From Escherichia phage BAU.Micro_ELP-22, in the sequence record OR699282.2: a DNA stretch of 64,000 bases, one strand, 5' to 3'. Positions 22,743-31,382 of the stretch are shown here, piece by piece (the stretch's first letter is position 1; each line of letters opens with the position of its first letter). The notes under the pieces were generated by a model. That model had not been told where the DNA came from, searched no databases, and saw nothing but the letters and a program-made list of their open reading frames with translations. Both the position numbers and the translations under genes were made by a program.

Positions 22743-22996
22743 AACACTTAACTGATGATGAATTTGAAACTATAATTCGTAAACTAACCCCCATCACAAG
22801 GATAGTCTACGGTGACCCCAGCCTTACATGGAACCAAATGCGAGCTAAAGTTAATGAGCTATGGTTGCTGTACTTTATGGGGACTCAATATCAAGATAAG
22901 TTTTGCACAGAATATATCGAACAATTAACGAATGTTATACAGGATAAACTAGATGATTATTTGCTCACAAAACATGAAGACTTTATCAGGAGTTGA
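22739..22996 (+). CDS. F1 paralog (85 aa) with C-terminal extension
   Basis: ATGA overlap; MGTQYQDKF core; stop displaced so the reading frame runs into the next gene. Confidence 0.6.
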   Translation: MKHLTDDEFETIIRKLTPITRIVYGDPSLTWNQMRAKVNELWLLYFMGTQYQDKFCTEYIEQLTNVIQDKLDDYLLTKHEDFIRS

Positions 22997-23225
22997 GTAT
23001 CAAACTGCCCTATTCTCTTTAATCCATGCCCTTAGAAAAAACAATGCCTTATATGGTGCACCTGAAGTGGATGTTATCAACGGTGAACTTTATCTTATGA
23101 AATTCATTGGAACAAACTATCAAGATCTGTTCATTCAACGATACTTATCAGCATTAAGAAACCAAATCCAATATAAAACCCAGAGAGCCAAAAAAGAATG
23201 GAATAAACAATGCGACACAGACTAA
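22953..23225 (+). CDS. F1 paralog (90 aa; start uncertain, alt ATG 22974)
   Basis: IGTNYQDLFI core. Confidence 0.6.
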   Translation: MIICSQNMKTLSGVEYQTALFSLIHALRKNNALYGAPEVDVINGELYLMKFIGTNYQDLFIQRYLSALRNQIQYKTQRAKKEWNKQCDTD

Positions 23226-23458
23226 ATCACAAAATGTATTGTAAACTATTACAGACACTGGCACAGAAACACTATGACACGGTATCTGGAATATTACCCT
23301 ATGATATCATGCGTTTACTTCACTGTGAGGCCGAGATGCTTGTACTGATGACAGGCACTGATAAAAACGCAATTGCCAAATCAATAGATATGTTCATCGA
23401 AGCACACTGCCAACACATGAGAACCGAAATCTGGAGGAAAGAGAATGATAATCCTTAA
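23210..23458 (+). CDS. F1 paralog, divergent (82 aa; start uncertain)
   Basis: MTGTDKNAIAKSIDMFI core variant. Confidence 0.55.
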   Translation: MRHRLNHKMYCKLLQTLAQKHYDTVSGILPYDIMRLLHCEAEMLVLMTGTDKNAIAKSIDMFIEAHCQHMRTEIWRKENDNP

Positions 23459-23660
23459 TGAGTATCAGTATCATTGGAGGTTACAAACTATCAAATCAAA
23501 AGTGTATAGTATTGTGTTAAACAAATCTATTGCACAAGAGGACAAATGTGTTATAATAGCTGAAATGAAGTTGGGTGCTTTCGTAGGGACAAACTATCAA
23601 AACATCTACACTGACGTATTGTTAAGTGCCTTACGTAACAAGGTGGTATCCAAAATATGA
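23445..23660 (+). CDS. F1 paralog (71 aa)
   Basis: VGTNYQNIY core. Confidence 0.65.
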   Translation: MIILNEYQYHWRLQTIKSKVYSIVLNKSIAQEDKCVIIAEMKLGAFVGTNYQNIYTDVLLSALRNKVVSKI

Positions 23661-23875
23661 GAAATTTACAAGGCTTTGAATACATCAGACTCCTGAAAAC
23701 ATGTGGAAGCAGAAGGAGAATGATATCAAGCGATAAGAGCATCCAAGCTAACCTTAAGCACGCACTAGTAACTGAACTCTATGTAGGTGCACTCTTAGGC
23801 ACAAACTATCAACAAATGTATGTAGATCTATGGATTGACGCTCTACAGAAAGAGGTTAAAAGTAAATGCAAATGA
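23657..23875 (+). CDS. F1 paralog (72 aa)
   Basis: ATGA overlap; LGTNYQQMYV core. Confidence 0.65.
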   Translation: MRNLQGFEYIRLLKTCGSRRRMISSDKSIQANLKHALVTELYVGALLGTNYQQMYVDLWIDALQKEVKSKCK

Positions 23876-24084
23876 TTAATTTAAGTAAAGACGAATTTTA
23901 TGTTATACTGGCGAAAACTTATCCAGCACGTAAGGCCGTTTATGATAGTCACATTATTGAACCCTCAAAGAAGTTGATTTTAGTAAATGAGATAAAGATG
24001 CTTTCAGTCTTAGGAACAAACTATCAAGAGAATGCTGTACTGATGTTAATTGATGCCCTCCAGAGAGAGGTTAAACGTAAATGA
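23866..24084 (+). CDS. F1 paralog (72 aa)
   Basis: LGTNYQENAV core. Confidence 0.65.
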   Translation: MQMINLSKDEFYVILAKTYPARKAVYDSHIIEPSKKLILVNEIKMLSVLGTNYQENAVLMLIDALQREVKRK

Positions 24085-24311
24085 AAATGATTAATTTAAC
24101 TTACCATGAATATCAAAAACGTTTAAATGCATCCAGAGATATAAGGATTCAAATATTCAATAACAAAAAATTGAAACCTGATACCAGAAGAATCAAAATC
24201 ATAGAAGCCGTGTTGTGTAACTTCCTAGGGACTAACTATCAGGAAGGTAAGGTAGAAAACTATCTTATAGAACTCATGAATAGTATTGAAAATAAATGTA
24301 AGGGTAATTAA
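24081..24311 (+). CDS. F1 paralog (76 aa)
   Basis: ATGA overlap; LGTNYQEGKV core. Confidence 0.65.
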   Translation: MKMINLTYHEYQKRLNASRDIRIQIFNNKKLKPDTRRIKIIEAVLCNFLGTNYQEGKVENYLIELMNSIENKCKGN

Positions 24312-24312
24312 C

Positions 24313-24552
24313 ATGAAAATGATTAAATTATCTCAAGCAAAATATAAAGAACGCCTGGTGAAAATTGCACCTGGACTTAATGAAATCCATCACGGAGAAG
24401 TCATTAAACACGGAAATAAGATGATTATGAAACTTGAGTTAAAGGTGGGTGCATTCATAGGAACAAACTATCAGGAGTATTATGTAGATGAATACATAAT
24501 CGCACTTAAGAGATACATTGGAAGAAAACTATATATACAAACTAAAGAATAG
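24313..24552 (+). CDS. F1 paralog (79 aa)
   Basis: Track ORF 24286 trimmed to ATG 24313; IGTNYQEYYV core; shares about 50-bp junction repeat with next gene. Confidence 0.6.
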   Translation: MKMIKLSQAKYKERLVKIAPGLNEIHHGEVIKHGNKMIMKLELKVGAFIGTNYQEYYVDEYIIALKRYIGRKLYIQTKE

Positions 24553-24581
24553 TATTGAAAATAAATGTAAGGGTATTTAAC

Positions 24582-24845
24582 ATGAAAATGATTAATTTAA
24601 GTAAAGATGAATATACCGAGCGTATGACAAAAATTACGCACAAACGTAATACAATCTATCACAACCCAGAAATTCAACACAGTAAGAAAATGATTATGAT
24701 GCGTGAGTTAAAGATGGGTGTATTCTTAGGAACAAACTATCAAGATACAGAAGTAAATCGCTTAATCGCGGAGTTACTACTGGAAATCAGAGGTAAGCTG
24801 TACTTTCATCAAATGACCCAACCACTGAGGTGTACTGATCGATGA
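24582..24845 (+). CDS. F1 paralog (87 aa)
   Basis: Track ORF 24555 trimmed to ATG 24582; LGTNYQDTEV core. Confidence 0.6.
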   Translation: MKMINLSKDEYTERMTKITHKRNTIYHNPEIQHSKKMIMMRELKMGVFLGTNYQDTEVNRLIAELLLEIRGKLYFHQMTQPLRCTDR

Positions 24846-25093
24846 ATGCGATGAATATTGTGAATAACATCAGATTAGCAGAAAGATTTGATAGAATTGG
24901 GGAAGCACTGAGAAGATACGATAAAGAATATGGTCATTTGAGCTTTTCTATAGAAAAGAGATATGAACTTGAAGCAGAGTTTAAAATGCAGAGTCTCTTA
25001 GGCACACAGTATCAAAACCAATATATTCAAACTTGGATTGATTGTTTAATCCAGACAATTTACGTAAGAAACATTAAATGCAAAATGAAATGA
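24842..25093 (+). CDS. F1 paralog (83 aa)
   Basis: ATGA overlap; LGTQYQNQYI core. Confidence 0.65.
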   Translation: MNAMNIVNNIRLAERFDRIGEALRRYDKEYGHLSFSIEKRYELEAEFKMQSLLGTQYQNQYIQTWIDCLIQTIYVRNIKCKMK

Positions 25094-25332
25094 TATACTT
25101 AACACATGATGAGTTAACAGAAAGACTAGATAAATCCAAAAGACTTACAAATAAACTTCCTCACAACACAAATCAAACCCCAGCAGAAAGGAGTGCAGAA
25201 GTTTTATTCCAAAGATTACCATACCTTCTTGGAACTGATAGGCAAGAGTATCACATTGAACGTATAATTAAATATCTCAAAATTACTATTAAGGAAAAAG
25301 TAAATGCAAATGAAATACTTAACAGACGATGA
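25078..25332 (+). CDS. F1 paralog (84 aa; start uncertain)
   Basis: LGTDRQEYHI core; close paralog of 25304..25555. Confidence 0.6.
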   Translation: MQNEMIYLTHDELTERLDKSKRLTNKLPHNTNQTPAERSAEVLFQRLPYLLGTDRQEYHIERIIKYLKITIKEKVNANEILNRR

Positions 25333-25555
25333 GTTAAAAGAACGACTAATTAAATCCAGAAAACTTACAAATCAACTTCCAAACGACACAAACAAGTCAC
25401 ATGCCGAAAGGAGTGCAGAAGTTTTATACATTCAACTCATGTACTTTCTTGGCACTGACAGACAAGAGTATTACATTGAAAGTATGCTTCGATATCTTAA
25501 ATTCTCTATAAAGGAAAAGATACATGCTCAAGAATTTAAAAATCCTAACAGTTAA
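25304..25555 (+). CDS. F1 paralog (83 aa; start uncertain)
   Basis: LGTDRQEYYI core; shares HAERSAEVL with previous gene. Confidence 0.6.
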   Translation: MQMKYLTDDELKERLIKSRKLTNQLPNDTNKSHAERSAEVLYIQLMYFLGTDRQEYYIESMLRYLKFSIKEKIHAQEFKNPNS

Positions 25556-25766
25556 TGAATATCATACGATTGTAATGAAAACTAATAGTGCAATTTCTAA
25601 AAAATCAAACCCCAAGTACATACTGGAACACACATTTGAAGAACGTCAATTAGCTTTAGTTGAAGCAAAACTTCTTGCACTCCTAGGAACAAACTATCAA
25701 GAAGAATACATCAGAAAACTAATATACCTTTTAACTAAACATATAAGAAAAAGAAAAAATGCATGA
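25524..25766 (+). CDS. F1 paralog (80 aa)
   Basis: LGTNYQEEYI core. Confidence 0.6.
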   Translation: MLKNLKILTVNEYHTIVMKTNSAISKKSNPKYILEHTFEERQLALVEAKLLALLGTNYQEEYIRKLIYLLTKHIRKRKNA

Positions 25767-25993
25767 AACACTTGACAGATGATGAACATGGGCTTATAGT
25801 AATGGATGTAATCAACATCGAATACAAAAAGTTGATACGCTACCGTTGTTATGAAGATAAGCAACTCGTTCTAGCAGAACAGAAGTTGTTTCGACTCTTA
25901 AACACAAACTTCCAAGCACAATACGAAGAATCGTATATGTACCTTTTGGCGAGGAAAGCAAAAAGAGATTATGAAAATTTTAAGCAAAGGTGA
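25763..25993 (+). CDS. F1 paralog (76 aa)
   Basis: ATGA overlap; LNTNFQAQY core. Confidence 0.65.
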   Translation: MKHLTDDEHGLIVMDVINIEYKKLIRYRCYEDKQLVLAEQKLFRLLNTNFQAQYEESYMYLLARKAKRDYENFKQR

Positions 25994-26186
25994 TTCAGTA
26001 ATATTACTTATAGAGAGTTCAAGTAAATTCTTAAACATAACACTGTCTGATATAGATGAAGATGACAAAGAAGTACTGAGAGCAGATTTAAGAGTACTGT
26101 TACATATCGGAACAAACCTACAAGAAGAATATGTAGAGTGCTACATCAATGAACTTAAAGAATTAGTACTGAGAACATGCAAATGA
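25971..26186 (+). CDS. F1 paralog (71 aa)
   Basis: IGTNLQEEYV core. Confidence 0.6.
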   Translation: MKILSKGDSVILLIESSSKFLNITLSDIDEDDKEVLRADLRVLLHIGTNLQEEYVECYINELKELVLRTCK

Positions 26187-26419
26187 AAATCCTTTCACCA
26201 AGTGAATACCACGAACTATTAAGTAGTTTAATTCTAAAATTGTATATAGCAAAGACCACAGATTTACCTGATGAAGAAAAAAATATTCTAATGAGTGAAA
26301 TCTATGTTAATTCTACCCTAGGGACTAACTATCAAGAATGTAATATTAATGATTACATCAAAGAACTAAAAAGGTTTATCCAATGCAAATGCGAATCATT
26401 ACCGAAACAGAATACCTAA
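26177..26419 (+). CDS. F1 paralog (80 aa)
   Basis: LGTNYQECNI core; close paralog of next gene. Confidence 0.65.
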   Translation: MQMKILSPSEYHELLSSLILKLYIAKTTDLPDEEKNILMSEIYVNSTLGTNYQECNINDYIKELKRFIQCKCESLPKQNT

Positions 26420-26625
26420 CAATCATAAATGGACTGTTTTTGAAGTTATTTGCCATTAACACATCAAAACTACCAGATACTGATAAAATTATTAAGTTAA
26501 ATGAAATCTATGTTCAAGCTACACTGGGAACTAACTATCAAGAAGCCAATGTGTATAATTACATTAATACACTCAAAAGGGTAATAAAATTAAAATGCAC
26601 AAACAGCCAATACACAAACCACTAG
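26383..26625 (+). CDS. F1 paralog (80 aa)
   Basis: LGTNYQEANV core. Confidence 0.65.
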   Translation: MQMRIITETEYLTIINGLFLKLFAINTSKLPDTDKIIKLNEIYVQATLGTNYQEANVYNYINTLKRVIKLKCTNSQYTNH

Positions 26626-26825
26626 GAACAGCAGAATACATTGAACTCATGGCATTACACTTCTCATCCTTTCAGAAACTTAGGCGAGAATCAAAGAATG
26701 ATTTAGAATATACCATCAGAGGTTCCGATTTAAGAATGCTTCTCACCCTAGACACAGATTCCCAAGAGCGATTTGTCAATGAGCATATTAGAGCACTTTT
26801 AATGGAAATTCAAAGTAAACTATGA
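26595..26825 (+). CDS. F1 paralog (76 aa)
   Basis: LDTDSQERFV core. Confidence 0.6.
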   Translation: MHKQPIHKPLGTAEYIELMALHFSSFQKLRRESKNDLEYTIRGSDLRMLLTLDTDSQERFVNEHIRALLMEIQSKL

Positions 26826-27037
26826 AGATAATATCAAACCAAGAGTACTTGGCACTATTCAGGAAGAATAATCACAAATATATGGCACTTGATTCAAGAA
26901 CTGATATAAGTGAACTTGAAAAAAATCTTTTGCGTTCAGATATGATAGTACTGACACTCTTAGGAACACAGCATCAAGAGAGAACTGTTAATTCACACAT
27001 AGGGATTCTTATGCAGATAGTACAGGAAAAGATATGA
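26822..27037 (+). CDS. F1 paralog (71 aa)
   Basis: ATGA overlap; LGTQHQERTV core. Confidence 0.65.
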   Translation: MKIISNQEYLALFRKNNHKYMALDSRTDISELEKNLLRSDMIVLTLLGTQHQERTVNSHIGILMQIVQEKI

Positions 27038-27255
27038 GAATCATAACACAACAAGATATTCTTAAGTTCACAAGGGTTCATGCATCTGAATTTGATGCTA
27101 TATTATCAAAAAGTTACAACAACCCTTATACACAAGATGTACATTACAGTGAATTATGGATGTATATACTTTTAGGTACAAATAAGCAAGAGCAAGCCGT
27201 ACAGAAGTATTTGACAGCTTTACGTGATGCTACTGCTAATGGAGTACATGTTTAA
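27034..27255 (+). CDS. F1 paralog (73 aa)
   Basis: ATGA overlap; LGTNKQEQAV core. Confidence 0.65.
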   Translation: MRIITQQDILKFTRVHASEFDAILSKSYNNPYTQDVHYSELWMYILLGTNKQEQAVQKYLTALRDATANGVHV

Positions 27256-27256
27256 T

Positions 27257-27499
27257 ATGAAAGTACTGACAGAACTAGAAATGTATCATAGATTTAATAA
27301 GTACTATCATTTACTTAAGCCTATACAGAGGATTAAATGTCCATTTGAAGAGAAACAGGTTTTAATCTATGAGCACAAGTTCTTTGTATCATTAGGTACA
27401 GATCAACAAGAGTACTATTTGACGTTGTACTTGATTACATTAATAGATTTAATTCACTATAAAACCAAACAAGCTAATAAAGAGAAATATGAAAACTAA
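27257..27499 (+). CDS. F1 paralog (80 aa)
   Basis: Track ORF 27224 trimmed to ATG 27257; LGTDQQEYYL core. Confidence 0.6.
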   Translation: MKVLTELEMYHRFNKYYHLLKPIQRIKCPFEEKQVLIYEHKFFVSLGTDQQEYYLTLYLITLIDLIHYKTKQANKEKYEN

Positions 27500-27833
27500 T
27501 ATACAACTCAAGGTATATAAATCATTTGAACATACATATATCAAAAGTAGTCTATGTAGAGATGTAATGGATTACAAGGGTAAGCCATTCACAATTACCT
27601 ATGATTCTTATGTTAGTGATTTATATATATCATTTGTTAATTACGAAAATAAAATATACAAGCACGTTGATATTAAAGATTTAAGTACTTTATCACCAGA
27701 GGAATACTTTCAGGAATCATTAGTATGGGATTTAGAGTTTCCTATGCCATTAGTACATAAGATGATAGTACTAATGAAAGAATCTAAACAGGAGCCTAAT
27801 GGTGATTATGAAGAACACACAGTTGAGTATTAA
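27489..27833 (+). CDS. large tandem family F2 paralog (114 aa)
   Basis: PEEYFQESLVWD core followed by short helical C-terminus. Confidence 0.6.
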   Translation: MKTNIQLKVYKSFEHTYIKSSLCRDVMDYKGKPFTITYDSYVSDLYISFVNYENKIYKHVDIKDLSTLSPEEYFQESLVWDLEFPMPLVHKMIVLMKESKQEPNGDYEEHTVEY

Positions 27834-28203
27834 AAGTACTGATAATATTAAGAGTTATACAAGCTCAAGTACTGTGACAATCGAAGTGAATTCTCTTAAT
27901 GCTGGTAATACAGTAGATAAGTTCTTTATTGCTCAAGGGTACAGGAAAGATATTCATCAATATTGTTCAGTATATGGGGAGTACAATAGTACTGAAGATA
28001 TAATTTATTGGTCAACACATCAAGATTATATAACTAAAATTGGCGTTCCAGATGTTAGTACTTTATCTGAAGAAGAATACTTTCAGTACAGCTTAATATG
28101 TGATGTACCTATACCTTTAGGGTTAATCAAGGGTATACAGGAAGAGGTTCATAAGCTTAAATCCATGAGTAAAGGTACTTTCATTAGAACAGTGCAATAC
28201 TAG
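27799..28203 (+). CDS. F2 paralog (134 aa; start uncertain)
   Basis: EEEYFQYSLICD core. Confidence 0.6.
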   Translation: MVIMKNTQLSIKSTDNIKSYTSSSTVTIEVNSLNAGNTVDKFFIAQGYRKDIHQYCSVYGEYNSTEDIIYWSTHQDYITKIGVPDVSTLSEEEYFQYSLICDVPIPLGLIKGIQEEVHKLKSMSKGTFIRTVQY

Positions 28204-28204
28204 C

Positions 28205-28233
28205 TTGACAGTACTTTTCATTACTGATATAGT
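28205..28233 (+). promoter_or_regulatory. sigma70-like promoter inside array
   Basis: TTGACA 28205-28210, 17-bp spacer with AGTACT, TATAGT 28228-28233. Confidence 0.55.
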
Positions 28234-28262
28234 ACACTAACGTTAATCATAGGGTAAAAATT

Positions 28263-28508
28263 ATGTTAAATTTTTTAAATTTTCTTATCGTCTTGTGTAT
28301 TGTTCTTGGGATTGCACCATTTGTATTGTATTTCATGGATTCAGATGAAATGCAAAAGATGAATTGCACAAGGACAGGACAGAGTAGAGTAGAGACGATT
28401 CTTATGCCTGTTACGGTTATTGTTAATAATATGCCCATTACCAACATGGTCCCTACCCTAACGACAACGTACCAGTACTCTTGTGCTGACGGAGAGAGGT
28501 GGAGATGA
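28263..28508 (+). CDS. small membrane protein (81 aa), not a family member
   Basis: N-terminal hydrophobic helix FLNFLIVLCIVLGIAPFVLYF; own promoter; SD AGGG. Confidence 0.6.
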   Translation: MLNFLNFLIVLCIVLGIAPFVLYFMDSDEMQKMNCTRTGQSRVETILMPVTVIVNNMPITNMVPTLTTTYQYSCADGERWR

Positions 28509-28816
28509 AATTTAATATAGCAAAAACATCGAGTATATGTATTTTTGGTTATGCAGAAGAGTTAGGTGATATTGACATTCTTTTGTACAAAAAGGATGGT
28601 GTTATGCATTTCAAGTACCAGGATGAAGAGGCAGACAATTATCTTTTACCTAATTTAGTACAAATGCAGGAAGAGGAATTATTCCAGTACAGCTTAGTAT
28701 ACGACATTGATATTTGCACGATGCCAGTACTAATTAGTATTCAAAAAGTGATGCTCGATATGTATGATAAGCTAATACAAGGTATGTCAGGGAGGATCAT
28801 TGAAATTGACATATAA
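28505..28816 (+). CDS. F2 paralog (103 aa)
   Basis: Track ORF 28499 (GTG) trimmed to ATG 28505; EEELFQYSLVYD core. Confidence 0.6.
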   Translation: MKFNIAKTSSICIFGYAEELGDIDILLYKKDGVMHFKYQDEEADNYLLPNLVQMQEEELFQYSLVYDIDICTMPVLISIQKVMLDMYDKLIQGMSGRIIEIDI

Positions 28817-28838
28817 GAATATACCTAATGCATATGAA

Positions 28839-29012
28839 ATGAAGTACAGGGAGTTTATTAAAAATGTACACACCGATCCTTTTAATATCAAAATATCAGA
28901 GTTTGATGTATTATTTTATCTAGGGTCAATAGCACAGGATCAATGCGTTGATAAGCTCATATGGTCCTTGAAAATGGAGATACAATGCAGACCCAAATAT
29001 ATAAAAAGGTAG
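28839..29012 (+). CDS. F1-type paralog embedded in F2 array (57 aa)
   Basis: Track ORF 28800 (TTG) trimmed to ATG 28839; FYLGSIAQDQCV core. Confidence 0.55.
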   Translation: MKYREFIKNVHTDPFNIKISEFDVLFYLGSIAQDQCVDKLIWSLKMEIQCRPKYIKR

Positions 29013-29248
29013 ATTCTTTATTGTACGCTTCAAAGTACAGGGATTTTTGTTTACGAGGGGGAGAGGAAGATTTCTCTCTGAGATTATCTGAATTTAATAT
29101 GTTATTTTATCTTGGTACAAAAGATCAAGAAGATACAGTACAGAAATTTATCAAGCACCTTGAACAAAAAATTAATATGCAAATTTTGATGCTTAAGTTA
29201 CAGAATGAGATAAATGAATATGAATCCAGAAATAGTTCAGGATCTTAA
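28961..29248 (+). CDS. F1-type paralog embedded in F2 array (95 aa; alt ATG 28985)
   Basis: FYLGTKDQEDTV core. Confidence 0.55.
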   Translation: MVLENGDTMQTQIYKKVDSLLYASKYRDFCLRGGEEDFSLRLSEFNMLFYLGTKDQEDTVQKFIKHLEQKINMQILMLKLQNEINEYESRNSSGS

Positions 29249-29606
29249 AAAAGTAATATTTCTTTTGAATACCAGAAGTGAATTGTATACAGAGTTAAAA
29301 GAGATTAATGCATTTTATCAGAATTTTGTAATCCAAGAGATCAGTGATTTAATTACAGATGCATTATTTGAATTCTCGGAGAAATACAAAGGTTCAGAGT
29401 TCAGTGTTAAGAATGTTATTCGTCCAAGTGCAAGGAAAATTATATTATCACATTTTACATTTGACAATAAAGATTTATTCAGTCATAATCCAAGTACAGC
29501 TTTATATTTTATTCCTGATTCAGACAAAAATCATCCTATTCATTACGGATGGATTTTGTCATATATAGTACAAGGAAAGGAGTATCCTATTAAATGGAAA
29601 GATTAG
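29214..29606 (+). CDS. hypothetical protein (130 aa)
   Basis: Long ORF in array, no family core recognised. Confidence 0.5.
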   Translation: MNMNPEIVQDLKKVIFLLNTRSELYTELKEINAFYQNFVIQEISDLITDALFEFSEKYKGSEFSVKNVIRPSARKIILSHFTFDNKDLFSHNPSTALYFIPDSDKNHPIHYGWILSYIVQGKEYPIKWKD

Positions 29607-29754
29607 GGCGATTAGATTATTACACAATTAATACAAATTATTTGTTGCGTAATATAAAATCCGATTACAAAATATGGATAAAGAACAGAGATAGCATGTG
29701 TTATGAATTTTATTTAGATTATGCTATCAAACGATTTTTAAGAGAAGAACATTA

Positions 29755-29958
29755 ATGCAAAAGATTAATACGATAACATTAAATGCATTACAGGATTCAT
29801 TATTAGATAGTATTAAGATGTATTACAATATACATTTGAAGGGTGGTATTGATAATTACGATTATTATTTGAGTTTAATTACATTTGAGCACCTTTCAGT
29901 ACAGGACAGGATTTTACATCCTACAAATCCTAGGTATCCATCGATAGGTAAATTATGA
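29755..29958 (+). CDS. hypothetical protein (67 aa)
   Basis: ATG 29755; ATGA overlap with next gene. Confidence 0.5.
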   Translation: MQKINTITLNALQDSLLDSIKMYYNIHLKGGIDNYDYYLSLITFEHLSVQDRILHPTNPRYPSIGKL

Positions 29959-30503
29959 ATGAGATAGAGTTATTAGCACACAAGATAAGTACAATAATGC
30001 TTATCCTCAATAACAACCATCCTATATCGCATATAGATGGAATCCTGAGTCAGAGAACAGGTGGTAGTTTATATTTGTCCATAAACGCAGATATCGCAAG
30101 GAAATACATTGATATTGATGTTGAAATCGAATATGATACAACGGGGATTGTTGATGTAGGTGCATTAATCAGTTCAAATCCAGTATCAGCATCCCCATTG
30201 ACCAAAGGTGTTAGTACAGGATTCGAAGGGTATTTGTGGTACAATACCAATGATGATTATTTTATATATCAGCATTCCAATACAAATTATGATGAAGACA
30301 AATTTCAGTTCATAGACCCTTATGATGAAGCTGGCGTATTCCAACAATCATTAATCACAAAACCGCATGAGATGATGTATCTAATGTTATTCAGTACAAT
30401 GCATTTGAATTCATTAATTAAAGGTTTAAAATTTTATATTCAATTAAATTTAGTCCATGTAGTTTATGATTTATTAATGCAAGGATATAGTTATGAAGTA
30501 TAA
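29955..30503 (+). CDS. F2 paralog (182 aa), member of duplicated unit
   Basis: MNEIELLAHKIST N-terminus and LMQGYSYEV C-terminus shared with 30575..31081; VFQQSLI core. Confidence 0.65.
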   Translation: MNEIELLAHKISTIMLILNNNHPISHIDGILSQRTGGSLYLSINADIARKYIDIDVEIEYDTTGIVDVGALISSNPVSASPLTKGVSTGFEGYLWYNTNDDYFIYQHSNTNYDEDKFQFIDPYDEAGVFQQSLITKPHEMMYLMLFSTMHLNSLIKGLKFYIQLNLVHVVYDLLMQGYSYEV

Positions 30504-30574
30504 AATGTTGTATACCCCAAGATATGATTTATGTTGAATTAGAAGATGATGCATCCATCAATAGGTAATAATAT
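30493..30574 (+). pseudogene. Truncated, frameshifted remnant of a copy of gene 31071..31382
   Basis: ATGAAGTATAAAATGTTGTATACCCCAAGATATGATTTATGTTGAATTAGAAGATGATG matches start of 31071 gene but has 1-nt insertion and early stop. Confidence 0.6.
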
Positions 30575-31081
30575 ATGAATGAGATAGAATTATTAGCACA
30601 CAAGATTAGTACAGTAATGCTTATGCTCAAGAATAATCATTCTATGCATAAGTACATTTATATAGGTGATTTACGCATAGAAGATAGATATGATAAATTA
30701 TCGTTTTTGTTTAAAGATGAAAGTAATGCAAAAGTTTGTTTTGCAGCATTTGCCCAAGGCAATCCAGAACAAGCATCTCCTGTTATATACGAAAATAGTG
30801 AAGGGTATTTGTGGGTCAACACAAACGATTATTTCTTTTATGATTTGAAACAAAATGATGAAGTAGAAGCACGAATTGATTTAATTGATATTAGTTCAGA
30901 TTGTAGTTCTGAATTATTTCAGAAATCGTTATTATACAGTCCTCGTCAAATACATTATCTAAAGTTATTCAGTTCATTGTACGCGAATCCTTTAATTAAG
31001 GGTTTTAAATTTTATATCAAAATTCCGTACCTTTCAAACGTTTATGATATTTTGATGCAAGGATATAGTTATGAAGTATAA
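30575..31081 (+). CDS. F2 paralog (168 aa), duplicated unit
   Basis: Paralog of 29955..30503; ELFQKSLLY core. Confidence 0.65.
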   Translation: MNEIELLAHKISTVMLMLKNNHSMHKYIYIGDLRIEDRYDKLSFLFKDESNAKVCFAAFAQGNPEQASPVIYENSEGYLWVNTNDYFFYDLKQNDEVEARIDLIDISSDCSSELFQKSLLYSPRQIHYLKLFSSLYANPLIKGFKFYIKIPYLSNVYDILMQGYSYEV

Positions 31082-31382
31082 AATGATGTATACCCCAGAT
31101 ATGATTTATGTTGAATTAGAAGATGATGACGATGGGTGGAATTTGATTTATTCAAGAAGTTCAGGTTGGTACATGGCACATTTAAATGATTCGATAGTTA
31201 CAGATTATTTTGTAGATTTCAATACATTATCCGATGAAGAATTGTTCCAACAGCAATTAGTGATTGACACGGGTGGTTATGATGTCTTATTATTAAAAAA
31301 GATACAAAAAGCTGTTATTGATTTTAAGCCCATGATATGGCAAAGGAAATATTATGACCTCGAAGTACCATACCAGCAATGA
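31071..31382 (+). CDS. F2 paralog (103 aa)
   Basis: DEELFQQQLVID core. Confidence 0.6.
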   Translation: MKYKMMYTPDMIYVELEDDDDGWNLIYSRSSGWYMAHLNDSIVTDYFVDFNTLSDEELFQQQLVIDTGGYDVLLLKKIQKAVIDFKPMIWQRKYYDLEVPYQQ

